Below, piece after piece: positions 32,726 to 43,600 of a stretch of DNA of 64,000 bases. The translations under genes and the position numbers were made by a program. Numbering within the stretch: the stretch's first letter is position 1; each line of letters begins with the position of its first letter. Source of the DNA: a virus; IMG/VR virus record IMGVR_UViG_3300036668_000183, positions 3,511-67,510 of that record; one strand, given 5' to 3'. Below the pieces are notes generated by a model that searched no databases, had not been told where the DNA came from, and saw only the letters and a program-made list of their open reading frames with translations.

Positions 32726-34414
32726 ATGGCATTAGATTTATCAAGTGCAATCTCTGCGGTTAATGGTGTAACGAACTCGGCAACCAACGCGGTTGGGGCA
32801 GTAGGAGCGATAACAAGCGCAGGGGTCGCGGCGGCGGGTGTGGCAACGGTACTAGGTGCAATCAATCAATTCACGGACGTGAACAGTTTGTTGTGTGGCG
32901 AGAATGGTGTATTCACTGAAATAAAGAAACTACAAGACACTATTCTTGACCAAGTGATGTTGGGTAAAAACTTTATTGCCGCTATTGATGGTATTGTTAC
33001 CCAAGCAGAAACTTTCATTGATGCAATTCAAAACGCACCCGATGTAGTCGAATCTATACTTCAACAAACTGTATTAAATTTAATCTCTGAACAAGCCCTA
33101 AGAAACCCCGAAGGCGTAATATCGGACATATTAGCGTTAAGAGCCGCGTACCAAAATGCAGGCCCAGCAGTCGAACAGATCATTGATAATGTAGAAAGGT
33201 TTATTGCCGATCCACTCAACACGCCACTCGATGTATGTAATAGCATACCCAACCTAATAAAGGTAGGGGACACTTTTGTAGAGTTTCCAAAGAAGGCATT
33301 ACAACCCGACCCTTCAAAAACTCCTGAGTCTATCATAGAATCTTTTACCAAAGAGTTGGGTGAAATATTTGATAATGCCGTAACAAAATCAGAAGACGAC
33401 CTAAAGATTAGATTTGAGCAAACCATACCGACGTCTCCAAAATTTCCATTGCCCGATGTATCAAACGACATTGCAATTTCGGGAAGAACTCCTATCTCGA
33501 TTGCCTACACCCTCGAGCCTGGGTCTGCTCACAGGGCGGCAGTGGCTCAGTCGGCATCCGTAATTCCCCCAACATCATCGACCCCTGTCGTAGGCGATGA
33601 TGGTAGAACTTCTGTTACGCCTCCTACCTCTTCGACTTCTGTCGCTGGTAGGTCTCCTTCGGATATTCAAAATCAGACTAGAAACGTGGTTCCACCTCCA
33701 TCACTTGCAAACCCATTCCCTGAAGGTAGGCAATTTGTTGCCCAAGATTTTGCTCCATCTAAGTATGCAAAGTCAATTGCAACAAAACTTAACAGCTTAA
33801 ACCCTTCGGTTCGTGGAAGATTTGCCGCGGGTATTCAAGACTACATTTCGTCAAACTTTCCTGAACGAGACATCAATGTCACCGAAGGATATCGTTCACC
33901 CGAAAGGTCTGCTCAATTGGCGGCATCAGGGATCAAGGCGGCAGGGGCGGGTAAGTCATGGCATAACTATGGATCGGCAATGGATGTTGCAATTTATGTA
34001 AACGGTAAATATGACGATGGTCGTAGGGGCCCATCCGAATATGTTGGTCTTGCCCGAGCATCAATGCAAAAATTTGGGTTAGTGAATGATCTAAAGGGCG
34101 ATTCAGGACACTTCTACCCAGCGTCATTTGGGGCAGGGGTACCTAAGGCCATTCAACAAGGTTCGACTACTGTCGCCTCATATGCAAAGTCAAAAGGACT
34201 AAATGACGTTCCACAAACGACCTTAGTCGCCTCGGCATCAACAACAACAAGTGGATCGACAGAAGTTATTGACATCAGAAGTATACAGAGCAAGGCTCGT
34301 GGTGATGCCATCGATAAGGCTTTAGCCGAAGGTAAAACAATCCAAGAAGCAGAATCTCTTGGTCAGGTCGCGGGTAACAATGCAGGTACCGAAGCCTTTA
34401 AGAAACTCGCATAA
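32726..34414 (+). CDS. baseplate-associated protein with M15-family peptidoglycan peptidase
   Basis: EGYRS.E, SWHNYG.AMD, D..HF zinc motif; Pro/Thr/Ser linker. Confidence 0.75.
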   Translation: MALDLSSAISAVNGVTNSATNAVGAVGAITSAGVAAAGVATVLGAINQFTDVNSLLCGENGVFTEIKKLQDTILDQVMLGKNFIAAIDGIVTQAETFIDAIQNAPDVVESILQQTVLNLISEQALRNPEGVISDILALRAAYQNAGPAVEQIIDNVERFIADPLNTPLDVCNSIPNLIKVGDTFVEFPKKALQPDPSKTPESIIESFTKELGEIFDNAVTKSEDDLKIRFEQTIPTSPKFPLPDVSNDIAISGRTPISIAYTLEPGSAHRAAVAQSASVIPPTSSTPVVGDDGRTSVTPPTSSTSVAGRSPSDIQNQTRNVVPPPSLANPFPEGRQFVAQDFAPSKYAKSIATKLNSLNPSVRGRFAAGIQDYISSNFPERDINVTEGYRSPERSAQLAASGIKAAGAGKSWHNYGSAMDVAIYVNGKYDDGRRGPSEYVGLARASMQKFGLVNDLKGDSGHFYPASFGAGVPKAIQQGSTTVASYAKSKGLNDVPQTTLVASASTTTSGSTEVIDIRSIQSKARGDAIDKALAEGKTIQEAESLGQVAGNNAGTEAFKKLA

Positions 34415-34959
34415 TGAGTATTATAATAAACATACTCGAAACAGGTGGTGGTGGATCCCCTCCTATATCTGATCCAACCGAAGGAGGACTTTACCTCCCC
34501 GATGCCTATGAGTCTACTCCATTCTATGCAATAGCCGAGTTTCAATTTCAAGAAATTACTGTTGACCCAGAAACTCTAGAAGAAACTATAATATTGTCTA
34601 ACCCATTTAATGTGACTTCTGATTTTAACTTTGCACAATATGGAATGACGCTCACAAAGATTAATGCCTATACGGTTAGAGTAGATGGGCCAGTAGTCGA
34701 TGCGTTCCCTTCTCAGTATTATCAGTTTGTACTACCAGATTTAACAACACCGATTTTACCATTCAATACCGAAGAAGAGTTTCTATCTTTGATAAGATAC
34801 CAGATGCCTTCGAGTGTGACGATATTATTAGAATATGCGTTTAAGGTATATTCAAGCTCAAGTAACTTTACCGTGGCACCAGTAAACCAATGGATAAACT
34901 GGTTGTTTCAATCAGCAGTCAATAACATAAATGCTTTAACTATAAAAGGATTAGAATAA
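34414..34959 (+). CDS. hypothetical baseplate-region protein
   Basis: Coupled TAATG start; position before PAAR. Confidence 0.65.
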   Translation: MSIIINILETGGGGSPPISDPTEGGLYLPDAYESTPFYAIAEFQFQEITVDPETLEETIILSNPFNVTSDFNFAQYGMTLTKINAYTVRVDGPVVDAFPSQYYQFVLPDLTTPILPFNTEEEFLSLIRYQMPSSVTILLEYAFKVYSSSSNFTVAPVNQWINWLFQSAVNNINALTIKGLE

Positions 34960-34960
34960 T

Positions 34961-35272
34961 ATGCCATCAGTTGCAAGACTCAGTGATACTGTATTATCAC
35001 CAGACGGTAGAGGTAAAAATTGTGCATTCCCTATGCAAACCTCCGTAGTTCAAGTAAATACGGTTAACGTATTTGTCAACGGTCGCCTTGTTCCCGTTCT
35101 CGGTAACTTAGTAGGGCCACACCCTAGAGGTGGTTGTGTTCCAGATGTTTCACCTTTAAACAAAGCTTCGACCACAGTATTTGTTGGTGGTCTAGGTGTA
35201 GGACGAATAGGCGATACATATGGTAATAATATAATTACACAAGGAAGCCCTAATGTATTCGCGGGTGGATAA
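34961..35272 (+). CDS. PAAR spike-tip protein (gp5.4-like)
   Basis: PSVARL.D, NVFVNG, GRIGD, GSPNVFAGG. Confidence 0.88.
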   Translation: MPSVARLSDTVLSPDGRGKNCAFPMQTSVVQVNTVNVFVNGRLVPVLGNLVGPHPRGGCVPDVSPLNKASTTVFVGGLGVGRIGDTYGNNIITQGSPNVFAGG

Positions 35273-35278
35273 AAAGGT

Positions 35279-35286
35279 TATAAATA
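35279..35286 (+). promoter_or_regulatory. T4-type late promoter TATAAATA
   Basis: Exact consensus before gp25. Confidence 0.7.
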
Positions 35287-35290
35287 AACC

Positions 35291-35701
35291 ATGGCAAACT
35301 TAAACATACGCGCAAGAGAAAAAGTATACACCGATGTCGATTTTGCATTCCGTGTAAATCCAGACACAGAGGACTTGTACATTAAAAAAGATGTAGAGGC
35401 GGTTAAGCAATCGGTTCTTAATATTCTTAGGACACGACGTGGAGAAAGACCCTTTATGCCTTCTTTTGGTTCTAACATTGATTCATATCTATTTGAACCA
35501 ATCGATTCGACTACCAAGGCAATGATCGAAGAAGAAATAATATTTGCCATTCGGAATTATGAACCTAGAGTTATCATCAAGGCAATTGTGGTCGAGGCTC
35601 TTGAAGAGCAAAATGCAATTAAGATCGCATTAGATGTAGAAATCATTTCACCTACCCTTGCGACAACTACCATAGAATTTATTGTACAGAGACTACGCTA
35701 A
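35291..35701 (+). CDS. gp25: baseplate wedge gp25
   Basis: AVKQSV.NI..T..GERPF.P.FGS, YEPRV. Confidence 0.95.
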   Translation: MANLNIRAREKVYTDVDFAFRVNPDTEDLYIKKDVEAVKQSVLNILRTRRGERPFMPSFGSNIDSYLFEPIDSTTKAMIEEEIIFAIRNYEPRVIIKAIVVEALEEQNAIKIALDVEIISPTLATTTIEFIVQRLR

Positions 35702-37530
35702 TGGCAATTAAACAAAACAAACAACTCAACGTGTCTAAATTAGATTTTGAAGACATCAAGAAAAATCTAAAAGAATTCTTGCGTTCTCAGGATACGCTCA
35801 GAGATTATAACTTTGAGGGTTCTGCGTTATCTACCTTCGTAGATCTAATGGCATATGTTACCCATTACAATGCCCTTAATGCAAACATTGGAATCAATGA
35901 ATCTTTCCTTGAGACTGCTCAGAACCGTGGCAGTGTTGTTGGTCATGCAAGACAACTAGGATATACACCAAGATCTGTAATAGGTTCAACTGCTAAAATT
36001 GATATTACTGTGGTCGACGCGATTGACCCCAACATGACGTTACCAAAATACACGAAATTTAAAAGTGTAATTGATGGGGTTAGTTATTTCTTTGTTACAA
36101 CAAAATCATACACAACAACCAATGCAACCTTTTTGGATGTAGAAATAAAACAAGGCAACGTTAAGAATGTCGACTACATCTATGATCTCGACACATCCGA
36201 ACAATTCATTATTCCTGATTTAAATGTTGATACTACTCTATTAGAAGTCAACGTAAGAGAGTCGTCTAATTCTTCTACCATATACACATTTAATCCTGTG
36301 AAGAATATTGTAGACATAAACGGTGAATCACGGGCGTATTTTCTTAATGAGTCATTTGATGGAAATTATGAAATAACTTTTGGTGATGGTGTAATTGGTG
36401 AGGCATTGGTCAATGGTAATGTAATTGAAATAAAATACCTTGTGACTGATGGTGCCGATGCTAATGGAGCAAAGGGATTCAATAAAGTTGATTCTATCCA
36501 AGGCAATAGCAATCTTTCTATTACAACTCGATCTGCATCTACTGGTGGAATTGCAAGAGAAACTATTGAAAGTGTTAAACTACGCGCTCCCCTATCCTTC
36601 TCGGCTCAGAACCGAGCAGTTACTCCTGATGATTATAAATCTATTATTCTTGATAATTTCAGTAATGTTAAATCTATTGTCGTATGGGGTGGCGAAGATA
36701 ATGATCCCCCTCAGTATGGTAAGGCATTTATTTCGATAAAACCTGCAGTTGGTGAAATTCTATCGACCGCAGAAAAAGATACTATTATAAATTCTATCAT
36801 TAAACCAAAGGCAGTCGTATCGATCACACCTGAATTCATAGATCCGATATATACCTATGTCGATCTTGAAGTCTTTTACAAATACGATCCTGTAGAAACT
36901 ACTTTTTCGGTTGCTCAATTGACAACCAAAGTAAAAACTGCTATTCAGAATTATAATGACTCTAACCTTGAAATGTTTGATGGTGTCTTAAGATATTCAA
37001 CCCTATTGGGTGTTGTCGATAACTCGGACAATTCAATACTAAACTCTGTTGTCAGAGTTTACATGAAAAAACGATTTATTCCTATACTTAATCAGGCTAG
37101 GTTATATGAATTGAAATTTTCAAGCCCTATATATATCACATCTTCAAATGAGCCAGTGATATATCGTTCAAGTATATTTACATATGGCGAGGAGCAATGC
37201 ACCTTGCAAGATTATATAAATTCTCAAGGCGAAAGAGTTATAAGAGTTATCCGCGGTCGAGGAGTCAATCAAATTACTGTTGCTGATGAAGTTGGTTATG
37301 TCGATGCTCCTGCAGGTAAGATCGTATTGACTAATTTTAATGTGTCTTCGTTTATCGGGGCATATATTGAATTAACGGTCATACCAGACTCTAACGATGT
37401 TTCGCCTTTAAGAAATAATTTGGTTAGCATAGACTATCAAAATATCACAGTCACAGGAACAAGCGATGATGTGGTAGCAGGTTCTGCCGCAGGTGGTTCT
37501 AATTATAGGTTGGTGTCTCGACATGCCTAA
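35701..37530 (+). CDS. gp6: baseplate wedge gp6
   Basis: LDFEDIK.NL, DYNFEGS, FGDGVIG, QNRAVT..DY, WGGEDN.PP.YG. Confidence 0.95.
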   Translation: MAIKQNKQLNVSKLDFEDIKKNLKEFLRSQDTLRDYNFEGSALSTFVDLMAYVTHYNALNANIGINESFLETAQNRGSVVGHARQLGYTPRSVIGSTAKIDITVVDAIDPNMTLPKYTKFKSVIDGVSYFFVTTKSYTTTNATFLDVEIKQGNVKNVDYIYDLDTSEQFIIPDLNVDTTLLEVNVRESSNSSTIYTFNPVKNIVDINGESRAYFLNESFDGNYEITFGDGVIGEALVNGNVIEIKYLVTDGADANGAKGFNKVDSIQGNSNLSITTRSASTGGIARETIESVKLRAPLSFSAQNRAVTPDDYKSIILDNFSNVKSIVVWGGEDNDPPQYGKAFISIKPAVGEILSTAEKDTIINSIIKPKAVVSITPEFIDPIYTYVDLEVFYKYDPVETTFSVAQLTTKVKTAIQNYNDSNLEMFDGVLRYSTLLGVVDNSDNSILNSVVRVYMKKRFIPILNQARLYELKFSSPIYITSSNEPVIYRSSIFTYGEEQCTLQDYINSQGERVIRVIRGRGVNQITVADEVGYVDAPAGKIVLTNFNVSSFIGAYIELTVIPDSNDVSPLRNNLVSIDYQNITVTGTSDDVVAGSAAGGSNYRLVSRHA

Positions 37531-39028
37531 AAAGAATGTCCCTAATGTCGCCTCCTTTGTAACTTCTATTCTACCTGATCATGTTGTTCAGTCATACCCT
37601 GAACTCGTAGAATTTGCACGTGTATTTTTTGATTACCTTGAAAACGAAAACAAGTCTTCATATTATCAAAACAATTTGTATCTTCAAAGAGATATACGAG
37701 AGCAAGAACCAGAGTTTTTAAATTACATACAACGTGAGCTTGGCATATTATCCAAGCAAGAATATGCCTCTAATCCACAAGTATTCTATGACAAGATAAG
37801 TGAAGTATGGAAATCGAAAGGTTCAGAAGAATCAATCAAGACATTCTTTAGATTATTCCTCGATGATGAAGTAGAAATATATTACCCTTGGGACTCGGTA
37901 CTGATACCTTCTGATGGTCGTTGGAATGTAGAAACTGTTCTTCGCATTACACCATTGAACGGTGACCCATATGCCTTTGAAGGTAAACGTATATACGAGG
38001 CGGGTTCAAATGCATCTGCAGTCGTAGATTCGGTAAAGCGTAAAATATATCAGGACATAATAATTTATGAGTTAACACTCTTACCAGAAACTATATCAAC
38101 TGTTAAATTTACTGATTATAAGACAATTTATGTAAACTCTTCGCTTTCTGCAGAGATTTATCGAAGTGCAAATGGATTCGTTATTAACAGTGTTGGGTCT
38201 GGTTATAAGATCGGTGATAAAATAACCGTACAAGGATTCGAAGGCTCTTCGGTCATTGCTCAGGTCACAAGTGTTAACTCACTAGGTGGTATTGTTGGCT
38301 ATGCCATTTCTGACTTTGGTTCAGGTAATACGCCCTATTCTGTTATTTCTACAAACGATCTTGGTCAATATTATTTAATAGATTTCTTACTATATCAATT
38401 CCTTGACTATGGGCTAATAACTGAAACTGAAATATATCCATATATTACATATATTAACTATGGTCTTATAACAGAACTTGCTACTCTGGCAGATGATTAT
38501 GGATTAGTCGCTCCGAAAGTGATAATAAATATTGATAGTATGAACGGTGTCGGTGCAGAACTTGTATTGACTTACGGAGCTTTGGCGAAGTATCAAGGAT
38601 ATTATAAAGGTGTTCGTGGTCAGTTATCTGAGTCAATCGTTTTACAAGATTCAAAATATTATCAAAAGTTTTCATATGAAGTAAGAACTACGCACCAATC
38701 TAGCTCATGGATGCAACCTTTAAAGAAGTTTGCTCACCCTGCTGGCATGGAGGTGATCAGTAATGTTTTTACTTTCAATTTCATTAACACTAAAGTTAAG
38801 AATGCGTTCATATTTGTCGGAACAAAAGATCCTGTCGAATATATAGTATTAGAGTCGCCTCAGTTAACGGATTCTATAACAGGATTTGTTCAATCTTATT
38901 ATGTTAACTCTGATATGTATTATGCCGAAGATTATTATGCAGACAAATCTTTTAATCTAGAATCTACTGTTTCAGGACAGGCAACTCAGGCCACGCTAAA
39001 TGCAGTTGAAGAAACACAAACAATATAG
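37523..39028 (+). CDS. gp7: baseplate wedge gp7-like
   Basis: SKGSE.SI..FFR, LQDSKYYQKFSY, HPAG; between gp6 and gp8. Confidence 0.8.
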   Translation: MPKKNVPNVASFVTSILPDHVVQSYPELVEFARVFFDYLENENKSSYYQNNLYLQRDIREQEPEFLNYIQRELGILSKQEYASNPQVFYDKISEVWKSKGSEESIKTFFRLFLDDEVEIYYPWDSVLIPSDGRWNVETVLRITPLNGDPYAFEGKRIYEAGSNASAVVDSVKRKIYQDIIIYELTLLPETISTVKFTDYKTIYVNSSLSAEIYRSANGFVINSVGSGYKIGDKITVQGFEGSSVIAQVTSVNSLGGIVGYAISDFGSGNTPYSVISTNDLGQYYLIDFLLYQFLDYGLITETEIYPYITYINYGLITELATLADDYGLVAPKVIINIDSMNGVGAELVLTYGALAKYQGYYKGVRGQLSESIVLQDSKYYQKFSYEVRTTHQSSSWMQPLKKFAHPAGMEVISNVFTFNFINTKVKNAFIFVGTKDPVEYIVLESPQLTDSITGFVQSYYVNSDMYYAEDYYADKSFNLESTVSGQATQATLNAVEETQTI

Positions 39029-39036
39029 AGGAAGTA

Positions 39037-40605
39037 ATGGGAACCAAATCAAGTATATCTACCAAGCTAAGTTATCTGAATGCAAAGAGGTTGATTGACT
39101 CAGTATCGAATCAGTCATCGAATCTTTATGTAGGTATTGGTCGCCCACAACCTTGGGAAAATGATACGCTCCCACCCGACACAGATAACAGTCTTGATTC
39201 TGAATATGATGCATGGCATGATATGACTGCAATGAAACGTGTCATATCTCAGGATATTGTTCTGGGGTTTAGACGTGTCGACTGGACTACTGGAACAGTG
39301 TATGCCGAGTATGATGATGCCATTGATTTAACCGAATTAGATTTTTATGTATATACTGACGAAAAGAAAGTATATAAATGCATTTCAAATAATAACGGTT
39401 CTCAATCTACATCAAAACCTACCCATGTCACTTCGGGTATTAATACCACATTAGACGGATATAAGTGGAAGTTCATGTTCACCGTGTCAGATTCACTTAT
39501 TCGTAAATTCTTTGTTACTGGTATTCTGCCAATGGATAATAACGAATTTATTGAATCTGAATCTATAAGAGGTTCTGTTGATCATCTAAAATTAATTTCT
39601 GGCGGTGATGGTTATCCACTAAATGCATCTATTGATAATGACACAGACTTGCCAATTTTTATAAAAGGCGACGGAAAAGAGGTATCAACTGCTCGGTGTA
39701 CAATAGTGACTTCTGGTGGTGTGGTAAGCTCGGCAGTTGTTACTGAAAGTGGCACAGGATACCCTTCTGCCCCAGAGATTAATATCCCTGTCTTGATACG
39801 TCAAGTCTCTACATCTGGCGCAGTAGAAACTGCTTTCGGAATAGCTACGACTGGTGCTGTTGGGCAAATCCTAACTGTTGAAATTATACTAGGCGGAACA
39901 GGATACACAGATGGTCCAGCTATTATAGTGCTTTCTTCTTGTTACGGTTATGCCGAAACTGATGAAAATGGAATTATCACTAATATCGATGTTTCAACTG
40001 GAAGATCAGGTAGCGAATTCACTATTACAAAGGCAGTCGTTATTGCAAACTCGATAACATCCGCAGAGATAAGACCTATTATATCGCCTTTCCGAGGTCA
40101 TGGCGCTTCTCCAGAAAGGGAATTGTACGCTCGATATGCTCTTATGAATCTTAACTTTGCCTATAACGAAGGTCAAGATGACTTCACGGTTCAAAACGAT
40201 TTTAGGCGCATCGTGTTACTTGATAGCCCTTTTATTTATGGGACTTCTGTTCTTGCAACTGCGCGAACGCTTAATGCAAAAAATACATTGGTCATATCTA
40301 ATATCTCTGGAACCTTTGACGAAGACGACATTATATACGGTCAGACTTCTGGTGCAATAGGGCTTAATGTAGATTTGATAGATGGTAATAAGATTAGATA
40401 TATTCGAGACGAAACTCTTACGAATAATATTGATTTTCAAATTGAGTCTATCCGATCAGAGTCTGGGGCAACTGCAACAATTACACAAATTTTAAATCCA
40501 GAGGTTCAACCCTATTCGGGTGATATTTTGTTTATAAATAATAGGACACCAATTGATAGAACAAGCGATCAGATTGAAACCATTACGCTTGTACTTGAGT
40601 ATTAA
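39037..40605 (+). CDS. gp8: baseplate wedge gp8
   Basis: IGRPQPW, R.DW..GT.Y, VYKCISNN, DGYKWKFM, YSGDILFINNR.PI.R...Q.E. Confidence 0.9.
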   Translation: MGTKSSISTKLSYLNAKRLIDSVSNQSSNLYVGIGRPQPWENDTLPPDTDNSLDSEYDAWHDMTAMKRVISQDIVLGFRRVDWTTGTVYAEYDDAIDLTELDFYVYTDEKKVYKCISNNNGSQSTSKPTHVTSGINTTLDGYKWKFMFTVSDSLIRKFFVTGILPMDNNEFIESESIRGSVDHLKLISGGDGYPLNASIDNDTDLPIFIKGDGKEVSTARCTIVTSGGVVSSAVVTESGTGYPSAPEINIPVLIRQVSTSGAVETAFGIATTGAVGQILTVEIILGGTGYTDGPAIIVLSSCYGYAETDENGIITNIDVSTGRSGSEFTITKAVVIANSITSAEIRPIISPFRGHGASPERELYARYALMNLNFAYNEGQDDFTVQNDFRRIVLLDSPFIYGTSVLATARTLNAKNTLVISNISGTFDEDDIIYGQTSGAIGLNVDLIDGNKIRYIRDETLTNNIDFQIESIRSESGATATITQILNPEVQPYSGDILFINNRTPIDRTSDQIETITLVLEY

Positions 40606-40616
40606 CAGAGGAATAT

Positions 40617-43600
40617 ATGCCAATCAATTTTAATACCGCACCATACCACGATGACTTCAGCGAAGATAAGAAGTTCCTGAAGATTTTATTTCGTCCTGGG
40701 TATGCCGTACAGACTCGAGAGTTAAATCAGCTTCAGTCAATGTACCAGAAGCAGGTGGATCGTTTTGGTCAATCGATATTTAAAGAAGGCTCGATAGTGA
40801 TCCCAGGTGGAACCTCTTTAAATACAAAACTTCAATATGTAAAGATGACTGGCAACATTTCATCTACACAAACTATTGCAGGATCTGATCAATCCGCCAC
40901 TAGTATAACGGTCACTGATGCTAATATTGCTTCAATGATCGGTAAAGAAGTTACTGGTGAAGGTTCTGGCGTCAAGGGCATTGTTAAACATTATAAGTTG
41001 GCGACCAATACTGACCCTCTAACACTATTTGTTGAGTATGATACAACTGGTGACGACAATGTTACTCAGGTATTCAATGATGCTGAAACGCTATCGGTTA
41101 TTATTTCTGAGACCAACTCTGAGAACTATACCACATATAGAATCAATACTGCAGTATCCGAATCGACTGGTGTTGGTTCAGTAGTAGAGATAGAGCGAGG
41201 CGTGTATTTTATTCGTGGTTACTTTACTCTTGTTGAAAAACAAAGTTTAATTCTTGAGGCATATTCTTCAGAGCCATCATATCGAATTGGCTTGCATGTA
41301 AACGAAACATTAGTTACACCAGAACAAGATGAGACCCTAAACGATAATGCAAATGGGACATATAACTATGGCGCTCCTGGTGCTCATCGTTATAAAGTAG
41401 AACTCCTACTAGAAAAATTACCACTCGGCTCAATCACTGACGAAACTTTTATCGAGTTGATGCAAACCGAAGAAGGTGCAAAACAATCTCATGTCAATAA
41501 AACAGAATATTCAGAATTAGCTCGAGAGCTTGCACGTCGTACCTTTGATGAATCTGGTGACTACACAGTAAGTTCTTTTAGAATGACTGCCAAAGAATCA
41601 CGTAACAACGATCGTAGCGAATGGGTATCAGGCGCATCGTATCTGATTGGCGATATTATCACCTCTAACACTAAGACCTATGTTTCTACCATGTCAGGAA
41701 CTTCTGGTTCTACCACGCCATCACACTTGATAGGCGATGCTTCGGACGGTGCATTAACATGGACGTTCGATGAAAATCCAAAATACAATAATGGTCAATC
41801 ATTAACTGGGCTTGAGTCCCAAATCGTATTAGCCGTAGAGCCTGGCAAAGCCTATGTTCGTGGGTACGAGATCGAGAAACCTTCTACCACATTCATTACG
41901 GTAAATAAGGCTCGTGTATATAAGCAAATCAATGATGACCTAATCGCTACGACAATTGGTAGTTATATCATGACCCGTAATTTTGTAGGTGTTCCTGATT
42001 TTGTAACCTTCGTTTCGGTAAACCTAAAGAGTTTTACTGGAAGTTCTTTGGGTACTGCTAAGATTCGTGGCCTTGAGCGATTCGGAAATGAATACCGCCT
42101 ATATGTATTTGACATTGTTCTTAATACCGATAAGACTTTTGAACGTGACGTAAAGACTATTGACAATGCAAGTTTCAGTTCACAGGTCGCTAACATTGTT
42201 GACGCAGATGCTCAGGGTAATGTATCAGTATCAGGAACGACTATAACAGGTTCGGGTACTCGTTTCTCAAGAGATTTTATTGTCGGTGATTTTATCGATG
42301 TCGGTGGAAACTATTATAGTATTACTGTTATCACAAATGACAGTACCTTAACCATCTCGGCTTCGGGTACTGGTGCAACTAATGTTGCCTATAAAATTCA
42401 TCGTTCTAACGTAAAAGATCCAACCCAAGCAATTTCGTTATTTCCTTTGGGTCGTGGTTTTATTAAAACTGTAAAGGATGAAACTCCTTCAGTTGCTATT
42501 CCAGAAATGTCATATACTGTTATGCAGAAAGTCACAAAGACTACTGGTTCTGGCGCAACGTCTTTAACTGTTTCATTATCTGAAGTATCTGGTCTTACTG
42601 GTGTTGGTTCTAGAATTGATCCTAATACAGAATTGACAGAAATTATAGTATCGACTTCAGGGTCTGCCTTTGTTGTCCCTACTGGAATTAGCGTTTCTAT
42701 AGATGATCAGTCCTTTACTATTACTGGATTACCAGTATCATCAGAATCAACTACTTACACAGTATTCTTTCCTGTCATAAAAAATAGCTCAGTAACTGTA
42801 ACTCCTAAGAAAAAGACTCCTGTACGTTATGCTACTTTTGATCTTACTACGACAACGGCAATTGAACAACGAATCATATCACTTGGTAAAGCCGACGTAT
42901 ATCGAGTCCGTAAAGTTATAATGTCGACCGCCACTGGTGCATTTAATGCTGCTGGTGCAGTAGATATTACTCAATACTTTCAATTAGATGACGGTCAACG
43001 TGATACTCATTATGATGTGTCTAAATTAATTCGTCGTCCAAACTTTGCAGTTCCTACTGGTTCGTTAAGAATTTACTTTGACTACTATCAACATTCTGAA
43101 GTTGGTGATTACTTTTGTATTGATTCGTATGAGAATGTTAGACGTGAAGACATTCCATTATACTCAACAATATATGGTGTTGTCTTTTTAGCAGACGTAA
43201 TAGATTTTCGTCCTCGCATGGGTGATGATGGAGTTTCATTCACAAGTTCTGGTGGTGCATTGGCATTACCCCCAAAGCCTGGGACAACAACCGAAGTAGA
43301 CTATACATATTATGTTCCTCGTATTGATAAAATATCTTTGAACATTGAAGGCAATTTTATTGTAACCGAAGGCACTGCCGCAGATAATGCAGTCTCACCC
43401 GAGGCGCCCGATTTAACAATGCATTTAACAACTCTAACTCTTGCACCTTATACGCTTAGTCCTAATTATGTAAATATTCAAAAAATTGATAACCGTAGAT
43501 TTACCATGCGTGATATTGGTAAACTCGAAAAGCGTATCGAAAATCTTGAATACTACACTTCCCTATCATTACTAGAACAACAGGCTTCGTCTTTAAATGT

